Of a stretch of DNA of 64,000 nt, positions 17,786 to 27,173 are shown piece after piece; positions within the stretch are counted from its first letter, which is position 1; each line of letters starts with the position of its first letter. The notes below the pieces were generated by a model that was not told the DNA's origin, searched no databases, and was given only the letters and a program-made list of their open reading frames with translations. The stretch is taken from the NCBI GenBank assembly GCA_049967475.1, contig JBMFSQ010000011.1, positions 1 through 64,000 of the forward strand, given 5' to 3'. Position numbers and translations under genes: made by a program. Source of the DNA: Chthonomonadales bacterium. GTDB taxonomy: Bacteria > Armatimonadota > Chthonomonadetes > Chthonomonadales > CAJBBX01.

Positions 17786-18027
17786 CCACGCCGGCGCCCA
17801 TCGCACCCTCCTTCGGCGGTCCTCGGCACCCTCCGGCTCTACAGCCGAGAGGACCCGAAACCTCCCCCCGAACGGCAAGTGCTCTCCCCAGTTGAGGCAC
17901 GGTTCACGCCTGAAGGTGGCCGAACCGGTGGGACGCGCCCGTGGAAGCAACGGGACCCACAGCCTCCCCAAAAACCGGTAACAGCTTCCGTTGCTTCCTG
18001 CCGAGAATAGAGCTGGAGGAACAAAGC

Positions 18028-18102
18028 ATGCGCGTCGCGCTTCATGTAGCCTTGGCGCTTTTGGCATGGGCGGGAGCCATCTGCCTGATCCCGTGCCGCT
18101 GA
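18028..18102 (+). CDS. 24-aa hydrophobic peptide (small membrane protein or signal-peptide remnant)
   Basis: RBS GGAGGA, then MRVALHVALALLAWAGAICLIPCR*. Confidence 0.4.
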   Translation: MRVALHVALALLAWAGAICLIPCR

Positions 18103-18162
18103 GACGCATCATTCCCACCGGACGCCGGCAGCAAGCGGTAGAATGGGTGCGGGAGACACATC

Positions 18163-19143
18163 ATGTACACCTGCACCGTGGGAGCAAACGCCGCCGGCAT
18201 GCGCCTGGACCGGTACCTTGCACAGGCCCTTGAAGTCTCCAGGGAGCGGGTACAAGCCGCTGTTGATGCCGGTTCCGTGCGCGTCAACTCGGGGATCGCC
18301 CGGTCTTCCTACCGGCTGCGCATCGGAGATGTTATCGAGGCAGAACTGCCTGCCTTGGAGCCCATCCGCGCGGTGCCGCAGCAGATCCCACTCTCCGTCG
18401 TCTATGAAGATGATCACATCCTAGTGGTCAACAAGCCGCGGGGAATGGTGGTGCATCCGGCTCCAGGAAATCCGGAGGGCACCCTCGTAAACGCCCTACT
18501 AGGCCGCACACACTTTGCGCCCACCTTTGCCGATGCGCTGCGACCGGGCATCGTGCACCGATTGGACAAAGACACTTCCGGCCTGCTGGTGGTAGCCAAA
18601 ACAGAGGAAGCCTACCAAAGCCTTCAGCTCCAGATTGCGCAGCGGACCGCCCAGCGCATCTACCTGGCCGTGGTGTGGGGGAACCCTTCCTTCCGTAGAG
18701 TTGAGGTGGACGCACCCATCGGCAGGCATCCGGTGGACCGCAAGAAGATGGCAGTAATCACCGATGCAGGTCTTCGGGCGCGGTCCGCCGTTACCCAATT
18801 GGAGGTCGTGGAGGCGTGGAGGGGCTTCAGCCTTGTGGAGGCCCGGCTTCGTACGGGGCGTACGCACCAGATCCGCGTCCACTGCGCTTACATCGGCCAT
18901 CCTGTTGTAGGCGATTTGCTGTACGGCGGCCGGCGGCGCATCCCGCGAAACCTCTTCGGGGAAGAAGCGGCGTCTCTTTTGGAGCGAGAAATCGCAAGCC
19001 TGCACGGACAGGCGCTTCATGCATACCGACTTGCATTTCGCCATCCCAGTACGGGGGACACAGTGTCATTCCACGCGGATCCGCCCCAGGAGATGGCGCG
19101 CCTCATCGAACGCATCCGAGCCGCGTCGAGAGAGGTCTCGTAA
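18163..19143 (+). CDS. rluD: RluA-family 23S rRNA pseudouridine synthase
   Basis: S4 domain RLDRYL, VVNKPRGMVVHP, RPGIVHRLDKDTSG, TGRTHQIRVH, QALHA. Confidence 0.93.
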   Translation: MYTCTVGANAAGMRLDRYLAQALEVSRERVQAAVDAGSVRVNSGIARSSYRLRIGDVIEAELPALEPIRAVPQQIPLSVVYEDDHILVVNKPRGMVVHPAPGNPEGTLVNALLGRTHFAPTFADALRPGIVHRLDKDTSGLLVVAKTEEAYQSLQLQIAQRTAQRIYLAVVWGNPSFRRVEVDAPIGRHPVDRKKMAVITDAGLRARSAVTQLEVVEAWRGFSLVEARLRTGRTHQIRVHCAYIGHPVVGDLLYGGRRRIPRNLFGEEAASLLEREIASLHGQALHAYRLAFRHPSTGDTVSFHADPPQEMARLIERIRAASREVS

Positions 19144-19154
19144 GCGTCTATCTC

Positions 19155-19970
19155 CTAAATCCACCCTCGCCGCATATAAACCCAGTAACCCAGCGTTTCA
19201 TGGGCCCAATCTCGGAAGGCAGCCACTCGGTCGCCGAAACCAGCCAACGCGTTGAAATCGTAGCTCTGCTCTTCACATGGAACGGGCACTACGCGTACCC
19301 CGGCCTGTCGAAACACGGCTACAGCCCTGCGCATATGCCAAGGGTGGGTTACAAGGAGAAAGCGCGTCCACCCATGTTGGCGTGCGAGGCGAGCCACCGC
19401 TTGGGCTTCCTGGTGTGTATTCTCTGCGTGCCTAGTCAAAAGCACGGGGAACGTAAAGTGCAGTTGCCGCATCTGTTCTCTCGCTGCAGCGGACCAATCG
19501 GCAAACTTGCTGGAACCGTGAGAAAGGATCATGCGGGGAGCGTAACCTGCGCTCAGGAGCTCATAAGCCTTGACCATGCGGGATTGGGCGGCGCATGTCA
19601 TCCCGCCATCCAAAAAGACGTCGGATGCCAACACGATGACGGCGTCTGCCTTCCTGGGAGGTTCAGCCAGAACCAGGCGGGGCATGAGCACGCTCATCAC
19701 GGGCGTGAACCCGACGACACCCATGAGGATGGCCAGGATGCCCGGAGGCCACCAGAGCGCCGCCCGCAAGCGCGTGCCTGCCAGCGCCCCCCAAAGGAGC
19801 GGGCAAACGAGGATTACGTAGTCGCTGCCAAGCCAGGGAAGCACGCCCCTGGACATATTGTGCAGGGCAAGCCCAAAGAACCAGCCCAGGATGGCGCCTC
19901 GCGCCGCCACGACCATCTTGGAGCTGGAAGCCGCAGCCTTGGGCAAATTACCAGAATTGCGAGCTGCCAT
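19155..19970 (-). CDS. YdcF / DUF218 family membrane protein
   Basis: ADAVIVLA, ENTHQEA, LLVTHPWHMRRA, HETLG. Confidence 0.88.
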   Translation of the reverse strand: MAARNSGNLPKAAASSSKMVVAARGAILGWFFGLALHNMSRGVLPWLGSDYVILVCPLLWGALAGTRLRAALWWPPGILAILMGVVGFTPVMSVLMPRLVLAEPPRKADAVIVLASDVFLDGGMTCAAQSRMVKAYELLSAGYAPRMILSHGSSKFADWSAAAREQMRQLHFTFPVLLTRHAENTHQEAQAVARLARQHGWTRFLLVTHPWHMRRAVAVFRQAGVRVVPVPCEEQSYDFNALAGFGDRVAAFRDWAHETLGYWVYMRRGWI

Positions 19971-20141
19971 GCCTATTTGCTGGAACGAACAGGCAAATTC
20001 ATCGTCTGAACCTTCTGGAGCACAGGCAATTCCCCGACTCCCGGCGCGTGAATTCTGCGCTGCCGGCTGCCAACGGAGTGGTTGGCGCGTGCGGGGATGC
20101 GTGCCTGGGGCCTATAATCAATAACCATCGTCGAACCGAAC

Positions 20142-20708
20142 ATGCAACAGAACCAGCCTACCCTCGAAAGATCTCAACATACGTCCGGAACCCATAGTCG
20201 CCACCATTCGCACCATCGTGCCCCTTCCACACGTCCCAGCCGCCATACCCGCCACCGAAGCTTTTGGCGTGTCGTAACGCGCTGGCTCAGCCGGCAAGGA
20301 AAGCTCCTCGCCGCCGAAATCGTCGCCGGCGCCGTCATCGCCGTTCTCCTCGTAACCTACATCAACCGGTGGAATGGCCCCAGCGTAGAAGTGCAACAGG
20401 CAGTTTATCAAGCTCGCAAACAGGCTTCCCATCCGGCCGATGCGCATGACGCCCGCAACCGCGCGATCTACCAGGAAATCCTGGCAGCCGAGAAACGCGC
20501 AGCCGCAGAGGCCCGCCGGCGGGTGCCCGATTTGGCGCCGGGCTCACCGGGATATACGCCCGCGAAGGCCGAGCGCCAGGCCCAACATCAAGTGGAAACC
20601 GAAGCCGTGCTCGAGGGCCGCTACAGGGCTTCCATCATGGCCGAGCGGCACCTCACTCCTGAAGAACTTCGAGCCATTGAGGACCAGGGCCGCACAGCAG
20701 GATGGTGA
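20142..20708 (+). CDS. Hypothetical single-TM protein with a His/Arg-rich N-terminus
   Basis: 188-aa ORF with one TM helix; TATAAT upstream. Confidence 0.65.
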   Translation: MQQNQPTLERSQHTSGTHSRHHSHHRAPSTRPSRHTRHRSFWRVVTRWLSRQGKLLAAEIVAGAVIAVLLVTYINRWNGPSVEVQQAVYQARKQASHPADAHDARNRAIYQEILAAEKRAAAEARRRVPDLAPGSPGYTPAKAERQAQHQVETEAVLEGRYRASIMAERHLTPEELRAIEDQGRTAGW

Positions 20709-20756
20709 TGCCGGCTGCATCCCGAGCAGATCATACCCTACCTCCCGGCTGGGATA

Positions 20757-21515
20757 TCATGCACCAAAGACGATGCGACCGAAGCGCCGCGGTACGTGGA
20801 AGTTGGGCGGATCTTCCAAAGTAGCGCTCCAGGCAAGGTACCGATCGCGGGGCCCGCGGTCAATTCGGTAGAAATTCCCCCGCCATACTGCACCCGGCTG
20901 CGGCTCAGGCTCACCCAAGCCGGACCAAGGGATCTGCCAAAGGCCAATCCATACCCCGGCATGCACAATGTCGGTAGATGCGCCGCCCACGCCCCAGGGC
21001 TCCCCGTGCACGGGCAGAGTTGCATGCACCTGCGTCTCCAGCCCGGCGCAGTCCCAGTCGGGTTCCACCGTCATCGTGGAGCGTTCCAGATTGGGACTGC
21101 GGATTTCCGCGTCGAAAAGCACATTCCCGGGGTTGAGCTCCAATTCGAAATACCGAGTGAGTTCCCCGCGAGGCGCCAGGAAGATCTCCACGACTTCTTC
21201 GTCATACAGGGGATCATCCCGCTGTGTCCACGTACGCCAAATGTAGGTGTCTGCAGCCAGGAAGGCGACGTAGAGATGCCTGGGGCTCCATCGCGCCACG
21301 ACGGCGGTTCGGCACTCTCCCACATCTGCATGGGGCGCGCCGCCCGGTCGGAACAGACCCTCCAGCACACGAGGTGAAATCTTTCGAGGAGCCCCGCCCC
21401 GCACGTCCCGAAGCCACCGAACGTCCGGGCTCGACGCCCAAAACTCCCACCGCAACCAGGTGTCGGGCTCGCCGGAGCAGAGCTTCTTGCAACGATATGT
21501 GGGGATGGCAGCCAT
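20757..21515 (-). CDS. Carbohydrate-binding family 9-like protein
   Basis: LYVAF..D, RDDPLYDEEVVEIFL, YFELELNP, WRGNFYRID, NFHVPRRFG. Confidence 0.85.
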   Translation of the reverse strand: MAAIPTYRCKKLCSGEPDTWLRWEFWASSPDVRWLRDVRGGAPRKISPRVLEGLFRPGGAPHADVGECRTAVVARWSPRHLYVAFLAADTYIWRTWTQRDDPLYDEEVVEIFLAPRGELTRYFELELNPGNVLFDAEIRSPNLERSTMTVEPDWDCAGLETQVHATLPVHGEPWGVGGASTDIVHAGVWIGLWQIPWSGLGEPEPQPGAVWRGNFYRIDRGPRDRYLAWSATLEDPPNFHVPRRFGRIVFGA

Positions 21516-21619
21516 CCAGCGGTTCCCGTTGCACCGCGCCTGGGGTGCGTCCGATGTGTGTGGATGCTATTCCCCAGGGATGCCGCCATTCCCTTCCACA
21601 GATGAAGCGAACAAGCGAG

Positions 21620-21644
21620 GGAACTCTTTGCGTAACAGGCCGTA
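21620..21644 (+). promoter_or_regulatory. Candidate ECF-sigma promoter of the Hsp20 gene
   Basis: GGAAC-N16-CGTA. Confidence 0.4.
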
Positions 21645-21749
21645 TTAATTAGTGGAGGCGGCCCCTGGGGCAGCCTCGGATGCATCCGGACGCCTCTGGG
21701 GCACGCATCGGCCACACGGCCTTAAGATCTGCGCAAGGAGGTGGGAACG

Positions 21750-22268
21750 ATGCTGCGACGCAACACTCATGCCACTGCATTGACCCGGCGCGGGGAAGGC
21801 GCCCTCACCCACATCAGTCCGTGGGAGGAGTTTGAGGATCTGCGCCGGCAGATGGACGATCTGTTCAGCCGCGTTTTCGGATACACGCCGCTTTCCCGGC
21901 TGATCCCCAGCGGCCCCGCGTTCGAGCCTGCCGTAGATCTCTATGAGACCGACGACAAGGTGATGCTGTACGCAACGCTTCCCGGCTTCTCGCCCGATGC
22001 GATCCACGTGGAGACCACGCCGGACACGGTCACGATCCAGGGTGAGCGCAAAGCGTTGTTCGACAGTGAGAGCCAAAAGGCTGTGGCGCATCGCCAGGGC
22101 TGGGTGGCCAGCGAAGGCAGCTTCAGCGTGAGCTATACGCTGCCTTGCGAGATTGACCCCAACAAGGTCAAAGCCACCTTCCGCAACGGTGTGCTCGAAC
22201 TGGACATGCCCAAGTCGGAGCATGCGAAGACCAAGGCGGTGAAGATCAAGGTTCAGCCTGGGTCCTAG
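21750..22268 (+). CDS. Hsp20 / alpha-crystallin small heat-shock protein
   Basis: PAVDLYETDD, LPG, IQGERK, ATFRNGVLELDMPK; RBS AAGGAGG. Confidence 0.93.
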   Translation: MLRRNTHATALTRRGEGALTHISPWEEFEDLRRQMDDLFSRVFGYTPLSRLIPSGPAFEPAVDLYETDDKVMLYATLPGFSPDAIHVETTPDTVTIQGERKALFDSESQKAVAHRQGWVASEGSFSVSYTLPCEIDPNKVKATFRNGVLELDMPKSEHAKTKAVKIKVQPGS

Positions 22269-22282
22269 CTGCACGTGTGGCC

Positions 22283-22324
22283 GGGTGCGGGGCGGTGCGT
22301 GGTCCGCCTCGCACCCTTTTTCTT
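22283..22324 (+). terminator. Intrinsic terminator
   Basis: GGGTGCGGGGCGG-loop-CCGCCTCGCACCC followed by TTTTTCTT. Confidence 0.85.
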
Positions 22325-22479
22325 GGCAACCTCCCGAAACAGAGGGAACCTAGTCACGCCTGACGCAATCCTACACTTTGGATGCTGCCCGAACATGGGT
22401 GCATCTGCGGCAGGACGGCGGAGCAGATAACTCGGCACTTCGAGCTGCTAAGGCCATCCGGCAAATCCAGGGATTGCCC

Positions 22480-23427
22480 GTGGAACCCAAGAGAAGCTGC
22501 GACGAGATTTGGGAACTGCTTTGCGCCTACTGCGACGGCGAGGCCTCCAGGGATGAAGTCCTCCGCGTTGAAGCGCATCTTCACGATTGCCCTGAGTGCC
22601 GAGTTGCAGCCCACCTGTTGCGGCAAACCTCCCAGGTTCTTCGCAGTGAGGAGCTCGTGGGCCCGCCGCCCGACCTAAGAGAGCGCATCCTGGCAGCCAC
22701 GGTGCTGCAGCCTCGGCGGCACAGGAATTGGAGATGGCCCTGGTACTTGCCTGCACTGCGGCCTGTTCCGTTGCCCCTGCTGGCGGGTATCGGGATTGCA
22801 GCAATCCTAGGGATGGTCGTTGTGCCGAAGGGGTCTGCGCCAACGTTCAAGGTTTTCGGCGGAGCAATCCAGCCCGAGATAGCCGCCCGGAGCGCAGCAT
22901 CGGCTGCTTTGCCCGCGCCCGCCCCCGCGCCGCCGACTACACGTGAGGCCAAGGCGCCCGTGCTCAAAAGCCCTCCGAAGCGCCACATGATCTTGGCCTC
23001 TTCAACGCCCAACAGAAGTGTGCCCCCTGTTCTGATTGCTTCTCCCCGCAGCGTTCCGATGTGGACACCGCGCCCGCACACGCCTTCCATTCCGCCCCAA
23101 GAAGTTCCTGCAGCTCAGCAGGTAGCTTCCAACCCCGTGGTCCCAACTCACGATGTGCCGGTGCCTTCGGGCGACACGCCGCCCGCCCCGCGGCCCAGCA
23201 CTCCAGTTGATGCGCACCCTTCGGCGACCGTCGAGCCGCAACCCGCTGTGTCGGAAGCCCACATCCAGATAGCCGCCGGCGACACGGTCAACGCCCAAGC
23301 CTATGCCTCCCTGGCGGGGATCAAGCGCACGCTTCAGCCGCGCAAGGATATGGCGTGGACCCTTGCAGATGGCGATGCCGAGGAACGCAGGGTCCTTACC
23401 GTAGACCTCTACCGCAGCCGGTTCTGA
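22480..23427 (+). CDS. zf-HC2 (ZAS) anti-sigma factor with TM and Pro-rich extracytoplasmic tail
   Basis: CDEIWELLCAYCDGE...EAHLHDCPEC (HxxxCxxC), then a TM helix; start uncertain (22378 or 22480). Confidence 0.82.
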   Translation: MEPKRSCDEIWELLCAYCDGEASRDEVLRVEAHLHDCPECRVAAHLLRQTSQVLRSEELVGPPPDLRERILAATVLQPRRHRNWRWPWYLPALRPVPLPLLAGIGIAAILGMVVVPKGSAPTFKVFGGAIQPEIAARSAASAALPAPAPAPPTTREAKAPVLKSPPKRHMILASSTPNRSVPPVLIASPRSVPMWTPRPHTPSIPPQEVPAAQQVASNPVVPTHDVPVPSGDTPPAPRPSTPVDAHPSATVEPQPAVSEAHIQIAAGDTVNAQAYASLAGIKRTLQPRKDMAWTLADGDAEERRVLTVDLYRSRF

Positions 23428-23533
23428 AGCACGCTTCTAAGCCAACTCCAAGCCTATGGCCGGGAACCCAGGCGTGCATTACCGCCGTATAACGGGTACA
23501 ACGGCTGCAGCGTATGGGTGGTGCGACATCTCC

Positions 23534-23956
23534 ATGTCTTCCCCCAGTAAAACCGGAGCGGTCATTCTCTTGATGGGCTGGCTTTGGCTCAGCGCAGCCT
23601 CGCCATTCATCCACACGTGCACGGTAAAGCCTGGTGCCGCCCACACGGCCGTCTACGCCCCAAAGGCGGAATGTGCCTCGTGCGCCTGGTATGCGGCGCT
23701 TCAGTCGCCCGCATCGCAAGCTGCGCCTCCTGTACTGCAAGCTGAGTTGGCCGGCACGGCCTACCTTCCTCCGGTCGCGACCCAGCAGCCGCCCATCCTC
23801 CAAGCCGCCGCATCCCGCGCTCCGCCGCTCCTCCCCGAGAACCTGGCCCCCACCCAAGCAACGCCCGTATTGCGACATGATGCTCTGAGCCACCGCGTTC
23901 GCCCGGTGCCGATGCATCCTGCAAGAGGCGGTCTGGCGGGCGCCCGCGAGCCGTGA
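23534..23956 (+). CDS. DUF2946-like leader protein (signal/TM, CxxC, RAPP)
   Basis: Hydrophobic N-terminus, HTC, CASC, Pro-rich linker and SRAPP at 23813-23827; lies upstream of a metal efflux operon. Confidence 0.7.
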   Translation: MSSPSKTGAVILLMGWLWLSAASPFIHTCTVKPGAAHTAVYAPKAECASCAWYAALQSPASQAAPPVLQAELAGTAYLPPVATQQPPILQAAASRAPPLLPENLAPTQATPVLRHDALSHRVRPVPMHPARGGLAGAREP

Positions 23957-23979
23957 ACCGACGCAGCCCCAGGAGGAGC

Positions 23980-25341
23980 ATGCCTGTGTCCGATCCCGAT
24001 AAAACAAACTTGATCCTTGTTGTAGTAATCTGCACTCTGGTGTTCCAGGCCTCCACAGCCCTAGCCGATGGAGCGCCCAAGGCGGCAGCGCCCTCCACCG
24101 TGCTCACGGCGCACGTTGGTCCGCAGAAGATTTCTGTGGAACAAGCCGTACGCATCGGGTTGGAACGGAACCCTCAGATTGCGGGGGCTCGTGCCGCCGA
24201 GGCTGCCGCCCGCGCCAACTACCGATCCTTTGCGGCCTTTCCCGGGGTTCAATTGGGCGTCACGCACAGTGAGGGTACGAGCACGGCGCCCTCGCTCACA
24301 GGAGCTCCAAACGACACGTTCCTCGATGTGGGTGAAACCCTGGACACGAGCGGCCAGCGCCGGTATCAGGCTGCGGGGGCCGGCGCCCAATGGACGGCGG
24401 CGCGATACGCCCTGGAGGAGATGCGCCTCAGCCTCGAGCAGCAGATCCGCGATGCCTACTGGGGCCTTGCAGCCGCCCGGGCCCAATCACAGGCGGCGCT
24501 GGACGCTCTCCATGACGTTGAAAAGGTCCACGAGCTCACGATTACGCAGGAGCAGGCGGGAGCGTCTCCCCATGCCGACGTCGTGCGCAGTTCCATTGAC
24601 GTAGCCAACGCCCGGCAGGCTTACGAGGCAGCATTGGGGGCCGAGCGCGTGGCGCTGGCTGCCCTCAATACGCTCCTGGCACGACCGGCCATGGAGCCGC
24701 TCGAGCTCGAGGACGCGCTCTCTCCTTCGGCATCCGCGCCGGAGCCCATCCCGAACCTTCCCGATTTGAAGGAGCTGCAACGCATCGCTCTGGAAAACCG
24801 GCCCCTCATCCGCCAGGCTCGAGAGGCAACCCGGTCGGCCCGGTACGCCGTGCTCCAAGCGAAGGCATCCCGCTTCCCCGATGTGTCCGTAGATTACGAG
24901 CGATCACTGCAGCACCCCGCGGGATCCGAGACCGTGCTTCTTGGAGCACACTTCCCAATCTTGGATTTCGGCAGCATCAACGAGGCCATTCGGTCAGCCG
25001 CGGCAGCCGAACGCCAAGCGAAAGCCCAAGAAGTACAAACCGAGCAGCAAGTGGCGCAGCAGGTAGCCCAGGCATGGTCCGATTACGTGCAAGCGCGGAA
25101 GATTGCAGCAAGTTACCGCGAGGAAGTCCTCGAACCCTCGGTGCGGCTGCTGGAAATGGCCCGCATCGGTTATCAGCAAGGCGCCACGGGCATCCTGCCC
25201 GTTATAGACGCCGAGACCACACTGCGCAACGCGCGCATAGGAGCCATCAACGCTCTTCTCGCCCTCTATAAAGCCAGGGACGAGGTCTATGCGGCCACCG
25301 GCGGTCTTTCCATCTCTCCTTCCAAGGAGGTGCCCAAGTGA
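23980..25341 (+). CDS. TolC/CzcC-family outer-membrane efflux protein
   Basis: ISVEQAVRIGLERNP and two OEP repeats; RBS AGGAGG. Confidence 0.9.
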   Translation: MPVSDPDKTNLILVVVICTLVFQASTALADGAPKAAAPSTVLTAHVGPQKISVEQAVRIGLERNPQIAGARAAEAAARANYRSFAAFPGVQLGVTHSEGTSTAPSLTGAPNDTFLDVGETLDTSGQRRYQAAGAGAQWTAARYALEEMRLSLEQQIRDAYWGLAAARAQSQAALDALHDVEKVHELTITQEQAGASPHADVVRSSIDVANARQAYEAALGAERVALAALNTLLARPAMEPLELEDALSPSASAPEPIPNLPDLKELQRIALENRPLIRQAREATRSARYAVLQAKASRFPDVSVDYERSLQHPAGSETVLLGAHFPILDFGSINEAIRSAAAAERQAKAQEVQTEQQVAQQVAQAWSDYVQARKIAASYREEVLEPSVRLLEMARIGYQQGATGILPVIDAETTLRNARIGAINALLALYKARDEVYAATGGLSISPSKEVPK

Positions 25342-27173
25342 CACGATCTACCATGCATGGCTTCCCACGGATGCGCAGTCTGTTGTGTCCGACGCGGCGC
25401 CGCTCGCCTGCCCGGCTGGGCTTCTTTGTGGGTCCCTCCCCATTGGTGCGGGCGGTCTTTGGTTGCGCCTGTGCCGGACTTTTGGCGGGGTGCCGCGCCG
25501 GGACGCCCACGGATCCCCCAAAAGCCGTCGGGAAAAGGGGTGAGAGCGGCGCCCGTCTGATTACCGTAGGGAACCAGCAGGGCATTGAGCTTGGATTAGA
25601 GGGCGTTCGACTGGCGGATGTGGTTACGGCACCTGTCCGGATCCGGAAGCTCGGATCGGCCGTAGAACCCGTCGGACAAGTCGCCGCCACCGACAGCGGC
25701 ACGATACAGATCACTTCGCGCCTGCCGGGCCGCATCACCGCCATCTTTACCGGCGTGGGACAACATGTGCGCAAGGGGCAGGTCCTGGCGCAGGTGGATT
25801 CCGTGGATCTTGCTCAGGCTGAAGGAGCGTACCAAACTGCCGTCGCTCATGAACGCCTCACGTACAGCCAACTTTTGCAGCAACGGAAGCTTGCCCGCTT
25901 CGGCGCCATTGATGAACCTGCCGTGGAGGATGCCCGACGGACCTTTGCCGCAGCACAAGCGGCAGTCAAGAGCGACGAGGCGCAAATCGCCACCGACCGC
26001 ATCGCCCTTCAGAACACCCGCAAGCTGGTAGATTTGGGCGAGATTACCCGCAAGCCGGTGGACGATGCCCGCAATGCCTGGTCTCAAGCCCAGGCTGCCC
26101 TTGTGCAAGCGCGCGTGAACCTTCACAGCACCAAAGCCAGCCTGGATCGCGCGCGCATCCTGTACCGCAACGGCGTGTACTCCAAACAACAATTGGAAGA
26201 CGCGGAAACCGCCTACAACAACGCCGTGGCTTCCGTTCAGCAGAGCGAAACGGCCGAGAGGCTCACGTCCGATGAGCTCAAACGCCAGGAGGAGATCTAC
26301 CGCCAGAACCTCAACGGCGCTTCGGCCGTTCAGGCGGCCCTATCCAAGCTTCAGCAGGATCAACACACCTATCAGAACGACCTCACGGCTCTGCAATTGG
26401 CGAGAAGGGCTTTTCAGCGGGCCGTCACGGTGCGCAAATCGGGCATCCCGGTGTCTCAGGCTCTTCAGCAGGCGGAGGACAGCTATGAAGAGGCTAAGGT
26501 TGCCGTTGAGGCAGCGGCCAACACCTTGCGCCTCTACGGCGTGGAGCCGGGGACCGGAACCGTACAGCTCGTAAACGGTCGGGCCGTCATCCCGATTGTT
26601 GCGCCGATGGACGGCATCGTCACCCAGCGGGCAATGGTTGTGGGCCAGGTCACCGACACATCCACGCCCCTTCTCAAGATCGTGAATTTGGACCGGGTTT
26701 ACGTGGACGCGCAAGTGTACGAGAAGGATCTCACGCAAGTTGCCGCCGGCAGCCCCGTGTCCGTGCGCGTATCGGCCTATCCCGGACACGTATTCCGTGG
26801 GACCGTGTCCTATATCGGCCGGGAAGTCAACCCCGACACGCGAACCCTCACGGTACGTACCGTAATCCGAAATCCGGGGTGGCTGCTTAGGCCAGGCATG
26901 TTTGCCTCCGTTCGCATCGGGTCCGCAGCGAAGATCGGCCGGCTCGTGGTGCCGGAGGATGCCGTGTATCAAGAAGGCGATGCCCGCATCGTCTACGTAC
27001 AGGTATCGGAGCGCTCCTTCGTAAAGCGTGTGGTGGAGGTAGGCCAAGCCGTCAACGGGTGGACGCCGGTTTACAAAGGCCTCAGCCCCGGCGAAAGGAT
27101 CGTCGTGCGCGGTGGCCTGTTCCTTGAAACGGAACAGAACAAATTGCAGAACGAACAGCGAGGCGCAGCATGA
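25338..27173 (+). CDS. RND periplasmic adaptor subunit (CzcB-like) with an extended alpha-helical region
   Basis: Lipobox-like LLAGC, ITSRLPGRI..GQHVRKGQ, IVAPMDGIV, LRPGMF. Confidence 0.88.
   Translation: MTRSTMHGFPRMRSLLCPTRRRSPARLGFFVGPSPLVRAVFGCACAGLLAGCRAGTPTDPPKAVGKRGESGARLITVGNQQGIELGLEGVRLADVVTAPVRIRKLGSAVEPVGQVAATDSGTIQITSRLPGRITAIFTGVGQHVRKGQVLAQVDSVDLAQAEGAYQTAVAHERLTYSQLLQQRKLARFGAIDEPAVEDARRTFAAAQAAVKSDEAQIATDRIALQNTRKLVDLGEITRKPVDDARNAWSQAQAALVQARVNLHSTKASLDRARILYRNGVYSKQQLEDAETAYNNAVASVQQSETAERLTSDELKRQEEIYRQNLNGASAVQAALSKLQQDQHTYQNDLTALQLARRAFQRAVTVRKSGIPVSQALQQAEDSYEEAKVAVEAAANTLRLYGVEPGTGTVQLVNGRAVIPIVAPMDGIVTQRAMVVGQVTDTSTPLLKIVNLDRVYVDAQVYEKDLTQVAAGSPVSVRVSAYPGHVFRGTVSYIGREVNPDTRTLTVRTVIRNPGWLLRPGMFASVRIGSAAKIGRLVVPEDAVYQEGDARIVYVQVSERSFVKRVVEVGQAVNGWTPVYKGLSPGERIVVRGGLFLETEQNKLQNEQRGAA

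Noticed and set aside
17748..17900. c-di-AMP (ydaO) riboswitch, suggested by CGGAGGAACC
   Set aside because: The other conserved blocks (GGGGTxAATC, CAGCTAAC) are absent.
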